Positions 44,986 to 56,700 of a stretch of DNA of 64,000 nt are shown piece by piece (the stretch's first letter is position 1; each line of letters starts with the position of its first letter). Under the pieces are notes generated by a model. It had not been told where the DNA came from, did not search any database, and was given only the letters and a program-made list of their open reading frames with translations. A program made the translations under genes and the position numbers. This DNA comes from Takakia lepidozioides. Taxonomy: Eukaryota > Plantae > Bryophyta. The stretch is taken from contig CM060731.1 in the NCBI GenBank assembly GCA_030704615.1, positions 25,482,001 to 25,546,000 of the forward strand, given 5' to 3'.

Positions 44986-47900
44986 AAATAACGTAGACTA
45001 TATAGTGGGTTGCACATCGCGCTTTGGTGGGTTGGGATTTATCTCATGTTTAACAGGTACATGAAATATATGCTTATGGAAGGAAATCACCTGAGCGGTA
45101 TTCCAGACTATCTTGACATGTGGTCGGACCCTGCAAACGATCCAACCATGTATACTGCAGGGATATTGAAGGACTGGAGTCCTTCTCACTTCAGAGACTG
45201 TGGCTGGTACCTTGACTGCCCACCGGAGCACACGACCTTTCAAGAACAGCACATGAAATATTTGAACAATAATGCTGAGATGCTGGCGCCTCTGACTGAC
45301 GAGCAGTACCAAAGAAACATAACAACATTGGTTGCCAAGGAGCCTGATGCTCAGGGAACGCCGCAGAAGGGCAAACCAAAAGACAAGGCTCTTGATGTCA
45401 TAGCCATCTCACCAGCAAAGCCAAAGGACAAAGACAAGTCCAAAGAGAAGGAAAATGACAAGGGGAAGGAGAAAGAAAAGAAGATGGAGAGTGGGCAGGA
45501 CTTCACTGCTGGAAGATATACCCGCACAGTTCAGTGCGTGTTCGATGCCAAGCCACACCCTTCCCGTTCTGATTCGGCAAGAGAGATTAAAATTGTCAAT
45601 GAGGGTTGGCTGGTGATGATGCAGAGTCGAAAGAGAGGATACACTGGGGTGCCTTCGCCTACCTGGGACAACATAATCTCATTCCTCAATCTGGTGAGAA
45701 TTCCAGTTTCTTTCCTTTTTCTCTGAAAGTTTCATTGGCAGTATTTCAGTCTAGTTCTTTGAAAACATTCTTGCCATTGTTCTTAAAATAAACATGTCTG
45801 TTGCAGGTGAGCACAGGTCCCACTTCGTGTGCGGTGTGCAGAAACATATGCGGCTGACATTGTCATTCTCGACATCCCGGATGGCCAGGCTGTGCCAGAA
45901 GTTCTTCCAAAGGGGGGGATGCTTGCGCATGTGCTTGGCCGCATGAGCCTGTGAGCCTGTGAGCCTATGAGCCTGGCTTCGCTCACGCCACGTAAGCAAG
46001 CATCCACGTGTTCAGGCCCTAATACCGTGCTTTCCCCCTAGTTTCCCCTATTACCGTGGATCCTTATTTTTTATCCCTCTTCATTGCCCCCACATGAATA
46101 TTCTTTCTAGCCGAGAACAATGGCAGGTTTGCGGATGGTTTATGATTGAGGTCATCCCTTTGGAATGAGGAGATCGCCCACTAGAGAACTGAATATTAAA
46201 AGCAAACCCTTTTGTTTTGCAAAGCAGTACATTCATTCCAACCCACAAACATTTTTCAATTCCGGATTCCGAAGACCTACCCCCGGCAATCCCTAACTGT
46301 ACTTACGGGAACGCGCAAAGAACTAGAAAAAACAGTTTGGGGATGGAAGCAAAACCAAAACACAATTTATTGAGCCTCGGTACTGGAACCTCAAGAACTA
46401 TTGGAGGTTTCAGAGGAACCACTTCCAGAGTTTACAGCAATATCATCTATGAATACAGCAGCACATCCGCGACGTTTTTTTTTTCCACGACCTTCATGTA
46501 GATGCGAATACATTGATTGTTGGGATAACACCCGTGCGCAAGCTTCAGCGTAAACCGGCAAGCGGTAAGCTCTAGGGGACTCGGGGACATGTAGTATCCT
46601 TGGAAACCGAAAGGTGTCTGCTGATTCGATGACTGGTGCCGGACTCTGGAAAGCAAGAAGAGGAATGATGGTAGATGTTAACATCCAGATATAGACAATG
46701 TAAGCAACCATCTGTCAAACGGGAATGACACAAGTAAATGCAACATATTTTGCACGACTACAGCCGAACTTACTAACACTCAAAATCGGAGTCCACGTCG
46801 AGATCCTCCTCAGGCGCTTCGGGCTCCTCCAGAAGTCCCTGTGTAGATGGGGCAGAAGTAGTGCCGGACTCAAGCTGACGAAGCTCGCTTGAGAAGAGCT
46901 CCGTATCAGCCTCCATGCCAAAGAAGTGCCTTCCGGCGCTCTTGCAAGCATGAAAAGATGCTCCTGCAAATCCAAGACGAACGAGAAATTAAAACAGGGC
47001 TTCCCTAAGGTCACTGCCCATATGTCAGACACAATGTGAAGGGCCCCACCTGTGCCCATAGACAAGTCAACCACTCGTCCACCATGACGGCTGCATGTCT
47101 CCACCAAAGTCTGCATGAAAGCTGGAGATTTCTCCCGTGCACCTCTCCAAGGGACACCAATCAACCTTTTCATAGTTCGACCCGAGTCGACGTAATTGAA
47201 GATAACATCATCCTCCACAGGCTCGCAGGTGGGGTCAATGTGAGCTGCAAGGTCCCTCAACTGGAACTCAGCAACACCAGGAGGAAGAGTGTCATTCCGC
47301 CTCACCACGCACAAAGCTTCGAACACTCGAGTCTGTCAATAATCACGAAGAGAGCATGAGGCAAAAGACACAACCTACCTTTTGATTTACTGGAAAACCA
47401 TGAAACTTTAATTGAAATGAACCAACTCGCTTTCTGCCCCGGGAACTCGCCCTTCATAAGAGGCAGAGTATTGATGCATGTCCAAGTTTTGATGACACGA
47501 AACCCGGAAGCTTCATGTAGCTGAAAAGAGTTCTTCGTGCCGACGTGTCCTTTGACTGCATGAGAAGAAGAGCCCCCGAGTCAGAAAGGAATTTGTTGCT
47601 GAATGAGAAAGCCCACTGCCAGTAACGAGAATCCGATTTGTTCCAAGTCGGGGTCGAATTGGAAGGGAACACATCAGGGACAGGAAAACCGTCAGGAATG
47701 TCCAGCACCACAAGGTCAGTCGCGTATGCCTGCTGAACTCCATTCACCCAATCCGGACTTTTTGTGACCTTCAGCAAAAAAAAAAAGGAGACAGTGTAAG
47801 AAGCCAAATCCAAATCCAGCACGAGATCAACACCCTGGACAAGTCAGAACAAGTGGCCAAACCAAAATCACTCATACAATAGTTAAGACATATGTGCTTA

Positions 47901-48115
47901 CCTGAGTGAGGAACGAAACAAGCATGTCCCATGATTTCGAGGGCACCCCTTTGAATGTGGACTTCATGGACTCCATCATTGCAAGAAAACTTTCATTCAG
48001 CACCTGACGATCGAAATGAGTAAGATGCAAGTAGCACAAAATGAAAAAAACATGGAATGAAATGGCTCTGAGAACTGCTCCAAGGACCTTTCAGGACCAC
48101 GTGACAGCTCCGGAT

Positions 48116-48892
48116 GTGAATGTCATCAACGCCATTTCAAAAAATTCCATTCAATGATACTGCAAATACACCCTAATCCACGTGAATGCAAACTCTTCGC
48201 TTTGGAATGACACAGACATAGAAGTGAATGTCGTCAACGGCATTCACTTTGGATTTGTGAATACACTGCTAATCAAGCCTAATGATTTCTCAAAAGAGGC
48301 AAAATCATTGGATGGAAACTGAATGTCGGCAACGACATTCAGAAACTCGAGTAAGGAACCCTCCCTAAAAACTCAATGGACATTCATAACGAACATAACA
48401 CTGAGGACCTCATAATAACACTGGATGTGAATGGCGTCAATGCCATTCACAAAATTCCGAACAAGGAACCAATAAATACACCCTAAGCTCCTAATCCATG
48501 TAAATTCAAATTGTCGCTGGTGAATGACACAGACATAGAAGTGAATGTCGTCAACGACATTCACTTTGGATCTCTGATAACACAGCTAATCAAGCCTCAA
48601 GATTTCTCGCAAGAGGCAAAAGCATTGCCGAACAACTGAATGTCTGCATTGACATTCAACAAACTGGAGTGAGGAACCCTCACTGTAAACTCTATGGACA
48701 TTACAAAAACTTACATAACTCTGAGGACCTCTTAACAACTCTGGATGTGAATGTCGTCAATGCCATTCAGGGACATTATCAATTCTAATCAGGGACACTA
48801 TAATTACACCCTAAGCTCCTAATCCAGGTGAATTCAAATTCTCGCTTAAGAATGACTCAGACAAAGAAGTGAATGTCGTCAACGACATTCAA
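48116..48892. repeat. Array of eight 24-bp palindromes (GTGAATGTCGTCAACGACATTCAC) within a ~315-bp higher-order tandem repeat, intronic
   Basis: Copies start at 48116, 48224, 48319, 48427, 48541 (perfect 11-bp arms), 48636, 48747 and 48869. Confidence 0.92.
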
Positions 48893-50673
48893 TTTGGATC
48901 TATGATTACAATCCTTATGAAGCCAAATTATTTCCCAAACAGTGCAGTAGAGTTTCCAGTATGATATTGCACCTGTACACAACTCGCATCATGGCCCACT
49001 CTCCTCCAACCTGACTGAGTCGTTGGACCGTAAAATATTACCATCTTTGGAGAACTCCCGGAAAAAACAGTATCTCCAGGTGAGACCTCTCCACTTCCTT
49101 ATGTATGCCTCCAATGACATTTGGGGAGGGGAAACAATCGAAATGTTCAAGTCCTTCAAAGTCTGATCCAGCACAATGACGGCGCACTTTCGAGCTGCAA
49201 ATTGTATATTTGTCAGTATTGCAAATAAGATACTCATCACATAATTGAAGAAGAAAACGGCTTATTTGAATACACACCTGACTCCAAAATATAGCCTTGT
49301 GGAGCCAGTTATTAAACACCAAATCACTGATTCCTTCCACCTTTGTGCCAGGCTGTATGGTGCTCTTTGGGAACTGATTCAAGTCCTTTACTGTCTGATC
49401 TGAGTTCCATATCTCCGGCCATCTTATTTTTGTTTGTGGGTCGACCATGGATATGGCCAGCCGGTGCAATTTCTCCTGCTGCATCTCCGGATGCACATGC
49501 TTGTCATAGTGAGATTTGATCTGCTGAAGGAACTCAGAACCAAGTCCAAGATCTACTATTCTAAGCTGCTTTCCGAAGGCGGACATCAATTTGGTTCTTC
49601 GCATTTCAAACTCCTTTTTTATTGCTGCTTCCACACCCTTTGATGTCCTTAGTTCCTCTGGTGTAGTGCGGTAATATTTGGATTTTCCCTTCTCAGCTGC
49701 CTCTCCCAGTTCTTGCTGCATTGATTCAAATAGTGATTAGCACCGAAGGGACTACAAACATGTATTCGAAAAGTAAACTGAGTACAGACTCGGGCTTACC
49801 GCATACATGTACTCCAGAAACGCCTCTCGAGTCAAAGAATACCAAGTGCTTGCAGCTCTTCCTGTTTCGCACTTCTTGATTATATTGGGGGGGAGTACTG
49901 TCCGAAAATCATCCAGCTTCATCAGACCAATCCTCTGAATTCGGAATAGTGTGTGGACCAAGCTTGTTGTCACATGTGATTTCTCTGTCGATTTGCAAAA
50001 ACATTGGAAACATTGCATTCCTTAACACTGTTTTATTGGGATTAACAAAACACTACAGAGGGAATGAAGTCTCTAGGATGACTTACTTGTTCATGTCGTG
50101 CATAGCTGTAAGAAGCCTAGCGATGTCGTTTCCTGGATCCAAAACCATTGCCTCCACAACAACATGCTTGTCTTTGTCTTTCGCATGATGTTTCTGAATG
50201 TATCCCATCCATGCCAGCAATCGGTGGTTGCCGTCCCAGACGTAGAACATGTGGTTGCAGAATTGCTGGGTGTTCTTTCCCATCATGAGGCCCAGCTCGA
50301 ACTCCTCATTATAAAAAACTTGTGCACCAAGTCTGTATCCATGCACAAAATCACTCTCTAATTTTGTTATGTCATGGGAAAGAGGTGGACGCACAACAGA
50401 CATAGATATTATCCGGCACAGAGGGATGTCCAGACGCCCTCCAGATACGAGCATGTCCCTTATAACCTCCTAAGAGTTTACCTTCTGGAATGACATGAGT
50501 TCTTTCACCTTGTCAAGGTAGTGCACTTCAGATTCATCTGCTTCATCGTTATTCTCTGAGCTTTTTCCAGACTCGTCCCCATCTCTAGATCCTTTCCCCT
50601 CTGATCCTGTAGGCTTGGACCTCACAGTTTTCTGCACGATGCCATTCAAATCTGACTGAGTAATGTGCAAATA

Positions 50674-51445
50674 GTGAACGACGGTAACGACCATCACTCT
50701 GTCTCATCGAAACTCACAATGAATGGTGTGAAACAAATTCAGAACCATCTACACAAGCAAAGCTGATCCTGCCGAATTCAAAACAAAACACTATGATTCT
50801 AGGGACACATGAACAGAAAGGTTTTGAGCAAGAGCGAACGGCGTTAACGACAATCACAAAAGACAAGGACCTGCCGGATCGGTGTTGTGCAATGACATAT
50901 ATGTGTAAGTGATTGGCGGCAACGACATTCAGTATAGTTCAGGGCGGACAGTAAGTGCAGATTATTCAGATTGACTCCATTGTGATGAACGTCGCAAGCA
51001 TTCACTGTTTCTTGTCTATGTCGAGAGTACTTTCCAATCAATACTCTACCTGAATCTACAGTATGGTCTTCAAATCTTTGATTGGCGGTACCGCCTTTCC
51101 ACTTCTCTATCTGTTCAACCTCAAACAAAGAAAATGCATTGCAAAACATTATGACTGAATATGCCGACCCTCACTCTCTCTTCAAACACATAGGTACATA
51201 AATCTCATGAGGAGAATCGAATGGCGTTAACGACGCTCGCAATTCAGTAGACTTCAATCACATGTTCCTGCTAAAGAAGGGAAGAGGAAGGACTGCTTGA
51301 AAGGCAATCACACAGACTGTATGATCTGAACAACAGTGAATGACGGTACCGTCAGTCACCCACTCATTGTGCGGTAAACCCTTAACAGAGTAGTAAGAAA
51401 GCAAATCACCGTTGTTTCATGGTGATGGTCGGTAGCGACAATCCA
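50674..51445. repeat. More diverged copies of the same 24-bp palindrome in intron 1 of paralogue 2
   Basis: Examples: GTGAACGACGGTAACGACCATCAC (50674), GTGATTGGCGGCAACGACATTCAG (50909), GTGAATGACGGTACCGTCAGTCAC (51336). Confidence 0.75.
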
Positions 51446-52084
51446 TTTCTGGGACATTCCACTCAATCTCTACGCAGATCTTCAACAATGAAATGTAAGT
51501 TAGAGAAAACTTACTGGCGCCTTCTTAGGTTTTGAAATTGGATCCCCTTCTGCAGCTTTCCTCTTCCTTCTCACATCTGCTGGAATTTCTGTCTGCTCTA
51601 GGGTTTCTGGACCTTCTCCCGGTTCAGCGTTCCTCGTACTTCCACCTCCTTCAGTTTCCATGCGAGTCATCTCTGCATCCACAGGCTGGTTTCCAATGCG
51701 CACTGTTATCGCCGACTGTGTCACAGCCGCTGCCTCAGTCTCGGTCTGCTCTTGTGAATCAGTCTCCGCGTTCACATGCTGCCTTGGCCCTGTGTTCTCC
51801 AACAAACGACGCCTCGTCATTTGCTCTCTTCCTCTGCGTCTCTCTCTAAGGGAAGTAAAATAAAGAGACTTTCTTCTCTTTCGTATTGTAGAAGAAACCC
51901 TCTCCAGCTTGACTACCACTCTCCCTCTAAGCGCGAAAAGTAGAAAAACGAAGTGACTCCTGATTTCTTGCGGGATTGCGTGTGTTGTTGCTTGTCTCTA
52001 GAAGCATCGGATTCCCTCTCGCGTGACCGTTACACATAGTCGTTCCCTTATTAGTGCACATGCCAGCAATTAGTGTACAGCTGT

Positions 52085-52156
52085 TCGTATCCCAAAGGTA
52101 GCCCATGACATTCTCACTACTATATGCTTCATACAACTTCCTTCATATGAGCTCTG
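52085..52156 (+). pseudogene. Decayed LINE, fragment 3
   Basis: PKVAHDILTTICFIQLPSYEL reads on into CVVPQSP at 59127 once the chromovirus and one TSD copy are removed. Confidence 0.6.
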
Positions 52157-52878
52157 TGTCGCACACCTCAGTTCGGTAAACTCCCTTCAAGTCATAGTTA
52201 CTCGCTTTGATGCGCGCGCCTGACTCCCAACCTGGCCCCCAGGCCAAGTTGGAGTTTCGGCTGCTCACCGGGACATAACGGTCCCCTTCCGCTTCCCTCT
52301 AAACCCTCCACCTATTTGGGACTAGGAGAATTCCCTTTGGTAGATGGCAGTCCGGAACAGCTCCCCACTCTTTGGTCGCTTTCCGGCTCGCTCGCTTACT
52401 CACTAGTTTTTGGTCACCAACGGGCTTGCACCGTTCTCGGGGTTACTACTCCCTATATATACTTCTGTAGCTGTCCGCGGGGGTTTCATAACCAGCCATG
52501 CCATTTTATGGCGAACCACCACGAAAACCCTCGACTCCCGGTGGTGAGTCGCGGTGAGTCTTGGCCCACTCACCGCGGCCCCAATGGACCGTGATGAGTC
52601 CCAAGACTCCCCACGACTCCCACCTCGAGGTCTCCTCCCATGGTGAGTCCTATGCCACCCCCACTAAGTCCCACTAAGCTACCACCACCCCTTGTGGAGC
52701 CACCTCCACCGCAACCCGGTGTGCGGGGCTCCACCTAGTGAGCGCCTCCGCCTCCTTGAGTGCCTTGGGCACTCAAGGGTGCTTCAGCCCCCCATACCTA
52801 TCGCTGCCGCTGCCCCCACCACAGGGGCAGCCCCTCATGTGTCCCGACCCCCTGCCCTCAAGGCAAAGGGCCGCGACA
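52157..52878 (-). repeat. 3' LTR (722 bp)
   Basis: Matches 58399-59121 apart from one C in a homopolymer, compared by eye. Confidence 0.97.
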
Positions 52879-53783
52879 CACACCCCTACCAACAGGGAGT
52901 CGATGTCCTCATCGACTTGTCCATTTTGTAGAAACGAACATCCAAGTTGTGGCGTCCCACATCAAGGAGTTTGTTTCCGTACCATGGCGTCCCATGGCAA
53001 AGAACCAAACCCCACACTTGACTCCACTCTCCACTAGCTAGTTCGGCCGACTTCCTCCAAGTCCCGGCCAAGGGTGGAGCCTCTCCAGCTCCCCCAGTGC
53101 ACTCTTCTTGGCCTACTTCAAGGCCAAGGAACGATCCTCCCCGAGGATCGAATCGCCTTACTGCAACAACATTGCTTGCGATCGCTCATGATGCCGCTTT
53201 TGGCATCACCTTGAGCAAGGGTTCACCTGGAACCCTCTTTGACTAGGAAGATAACCTTGAACCAACCGTGCGCCCCAATCACTACAATTGGGTCCGCCTT
53301 GGAATGCTGGCCTGAGGTACGGGAACACGCCGAAGCCGCACTACGACTTCGTCCCGAGGCTACACGATTATAGTACGTGAACGGAAGCACGTAGCTTCCG
53401 CGTTAGCCCGCACTACAAGGCAACCCCCTCGGTAGCGCAGTTATAGTACGCGCACGCGCCAGGTGCGCACTAGCACTTGAACTCCCAAATAAGGCGCAAG
53501 TTTCCTTGCCCCTTGGATGGGAGTCACTCGATTTCGGCACTGCGCAAACACACGATTAACCCAATTTACCTCTCCCACTTTTGTAAGCTAGCATGCATTC
53601 TACACACCAGCCAACCACACCATGCATCACCATTCCAAACACAATAGGACGCACAATATTTGGAACCCATTTCCTTTATCACAAATTTTTGTACAATACA
53701 AGTTTTTGCAATCGGATTCCTGAGCTAGCTAAACCGGGCTAAGCATGCATTTCCTCCCCCACGCTCCAAGGTTGATGTCCCCA

Positions 53784-56700
53784 TCAACGCTTCTTCCGCT
53801 TTTGAGGTCGCCCTTCGAACGCTGCAACTGCCTCGGATGCGTTTCCCATTTCTGAGGCACGCACCCAAGATGCCTCCACAAGATGATAGCCCTTCCATTT
53901 GACGAGATACTCCGTTTCTCGGTTCTTGAACCTCCTCGACTTAAGTATTGCCTCCACCTCGTACTCGGGTTCATTTTCATGATCCAACAGCATAGGTGGC
54001 GGACGCAACACTTGCTGACGATTCGGACGTGCTTCATCTTTGAAGTAAGGCTTCAAAAGGGAGACATGGAATACTGGGTGCACCTTGCTGTTTGCTGGCA
54101 GCTCCAATTCATACACATCCTCATTCATAACCCTCCGAATGCGAAAGGGACCCGCATACGGAGGTACGAACTTCGGACTCATTTCCGGAGGTAGTCGAAA
54201 ATTCTTGATGTTCAACCAGACCTCTGTGCCTGCCTCAAACTTCACTTCCCTCCGCTTCCGATTCGCCTGCCTTTCATACCGTTTCCTAGCTTTGGCAATG
54301 TTGTACTTTGCGAGCTTCAACAAACGCTCGCGTTCTTCCAGTACCGCCGCTACTGCCGGTTCCTCAACGTCCTGGGCGGCCCAACTTGTCGGCACCAGAG
54401 GTGCTTTTCCATAGACCAACACAAAAGGGGAAACTCCCGTCGCGGAGTGTTCTGTGTTATTATAACAGAACTCTGCCGCGTCTAAGTGTTCCATCCAGTC
54501 TGATTGGTCTGCCGACACGTAATTCCGCAAGAATTGCTTCACTACGGAATTCACTCTTTCCGTTTGGCCGTCTGTCGTAGGTCGGAAGGCGGTGCTCATC
54601 TTCAGCCTCGTCCCCATCTTCTTCCAAAGTGCTCTCCAGAATTTACTCGTAAACTTTGGGTCGCGGTCCGAGACAATATCCTTCGGGACTCCATGATGCT
54701 TTAAGACGTGGGCGAAGTAAAGTCGCCCTGTCTCCTGCGCAGTTGCCGTCTCCTTGGTGGGGATGAAATGGGCCATTTTACTGAACCTATCTACCACCAC
54801 CATGATTGCATCGAATCCTTTTGACAGCGGCATAGCAGTCATGAAATCCATCGAGACGCTTTCCCAAGTCCCCTCTGGAATCGGCAAGGGTTGTAACAGC
54901 CCCGCTTGCTTTTTATACTCGCTCCGGTTTTGTTGGCATGTGGTGCATGTCTTTACATACTCCTCTGCCTCCTCCCTCAGTTTGGGCCAGAAATACTCTT
55001 TCTTCAAGAGTGCCGCAGTGCGCTTGGCTCCACCGTGGCCCGCAAGCGGGCTATCATGGCATTCTCTCAAGAGACTATCCCTGATCCCTCCCTTTGGCAC
55101 ATAGAGACGTTTTTGCTTATACCGGAGCAGTCCGTTTTGCAAGTGGAACTGCGATTTAACCCCCATTCTCAAGTTCTGCATCACGCACTTTGCCAGCTCA
55201 TCCTTCCGGCAAGCCTTCCGGATCTTCCTTTGGAGCGCCGTCTCGCCCTTGTACACCAACAAGAGCTGCTGCTTTCTACTTAAAGCATCGGCCACCACAT
55301 TGTCCCGTCCCGGTTTGTACTGGATATCCACGTCGAACACTGCCAAAGTATCTTGCCACCTAAGTTGTTTTGGGGACAACTTGGGCTGCGTGGCAAAATA
55401 CTTCACCGTGACATTGTCCGTGAACACCTTCACTGGGTTGGAACCAACATAGTGGCGCCAGAGTTCAAGGCAATGTACCACCGCCTTCATCTCTTTTTCG
55501 TGCGTCGGCCACCGTCGCTCCACTTCATTCAGTTTCTTACTTTCGTAAGCCACTGGACGTCCATCTTGCATAAGTACACCCCCAATTGCGAAGTCCGATG
55601 CATCTGTATGAATCTCAAACGGACGATCGAACTCCGGGATTTTTAAGACTGGAGCTTCCGTCATCCGCTGCTTCAATTCAGCAAAAGCTTGGCCACAAAA
55701 TGTGTTCCATACCCAGACTTTGGATTTACACAGAAGGTCCGACAGCGGCCCCGCGATCTTGGCGAAATTTCTCACATACTTCCGGTAATAGGAGGCGAGT
55801 CCTAGGAAGGATCGCACTCCCGGGACCGAAGTCGGAGGCTCCCAGTCCAAGATCGCCCTCACCTTTCTGTCATCCATTTTGATCCCATCCTGTGTAATCA
55901 CGTGCCCCAAGAACTCCACTTTTGTGACCCCGAATTCGCACTTTGAAGCTTTGGCATACAGCTTCCCTTCTCGCAATTTTGGAACACCCTTTTGAGGTGC
56001 TCCAGGTGCTCCTCCTTTGTTTTCGAGTACACCAAGATGTCGTCGATGTACACGATCACAAAGTCATCCAACCACTCCTGGAAAAGGCTGTTCATCAGCG
56101 TGCTAAATGTCGCTGGTGCATTGGTGAGCCCAAAAGGCATCACCAAGAACTCATATGAACCATACCTTGTCCTGCACGCGGTCTTCTCCTCATCTCCTTC
56201 CGCCACCCGAATTTGGTGATAGCCGGAGCGCAAGTCGATCCGGCTGAAATACTTCGCTCCTGCCAACCGATCGAAAAGGTCGTCGATCCTTGGCAAAGGG
56301 TACCGGTTTTTGATAGTCACCTTATTCAGAGCCCTGTAATCGACACACATCCGCAGCGTCCCATCCTTCTTGTCTGCAAATAGCACCGGGGCTCCGTAAG
56401 GTGACTTACTCGGCCGGATGTACCCCTTTGACATTAGATCTTTGAGCTGAGTCTTCAGCTCGACCAACTCTTTGTGGCTCAACCGGTAGGGCGCCTTGGC
56501 AGGCGGTTCCGATCCCGGTATCACCTCAATTTTGTGGTCAACTCCTCTTCGCGGTGGCAAGCCGCTTGGTAAATCCTCCGGCATCACATCCTGGTATTTC
56601 TCCAAAATCCCCTTGATCCAATCTGGGCTCGGCTCCCCATCGCCTTCTCCTTTCACTTCTCTAATGTAAAGCAAAAACTGGGACTCGTGTGTTCCTCCAC

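Larger units (their letters stand above)
42100..45917 (+). pseudogene. Middle exons of ParB-MTase paralogue 1 (inverted relative to its 3' exons; truncated after DIPDG)
   Basis: STWYSLTREAFLDYMY, QEKLHRLSISMVD, LEAYIKRWK, two copies of WxDPxND.TMYTAGI..DWS..HFRDCGWYLD, VPSPTWDNIISFL, ADIVILDIPDG; the exons shared with the minus-strand copy at 46.4-51.8 kb are colinear with it. Confidence 0.85.
46391..51820 (-). pseudogene. ParB/Srx-like domain + beta-class N4/N6 DNA methyltransferase-like gene, paralogue 2 (multi-exon; in-frame stop at 50470, frameshifts, middle exons missing)
   Basis: IPLCRI...VVRP...FYVWDGNHRLLAW (ParB/Srx-like); DLVVLDIPDG (motif IV position); WRGAREKSPAFMQTLVETCSRHGGRVVDLSMGTG | ASFHACKSAGRHFFGMEAD (motifs X-I-II) joined across a GT-AG intron at 46964-47049. 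Confidence 0.85.
40857..52008 (-). mobile_element. Unclassified composite element: two related units carrying ParB-like/N4-N6 methyltransferase-like genes
   Basis: Inserted into an LTR-like remnant within a LINE. Related termini GATGC...GTGAGCC...GCTCACGCCACGT at 40857 and 45918; opposite end AAGCATC at 52002-52008; GG flanks each end. No transposase recognised. Confidence 0.55.

Noticed and set aside
46391-51820. Bacterial contamination or prophage as the source of the ParB-MTase sequence
   Set aside because: It has multiple GT-AG introns at positions shared by both paralogues and is nested within plant retroelements.
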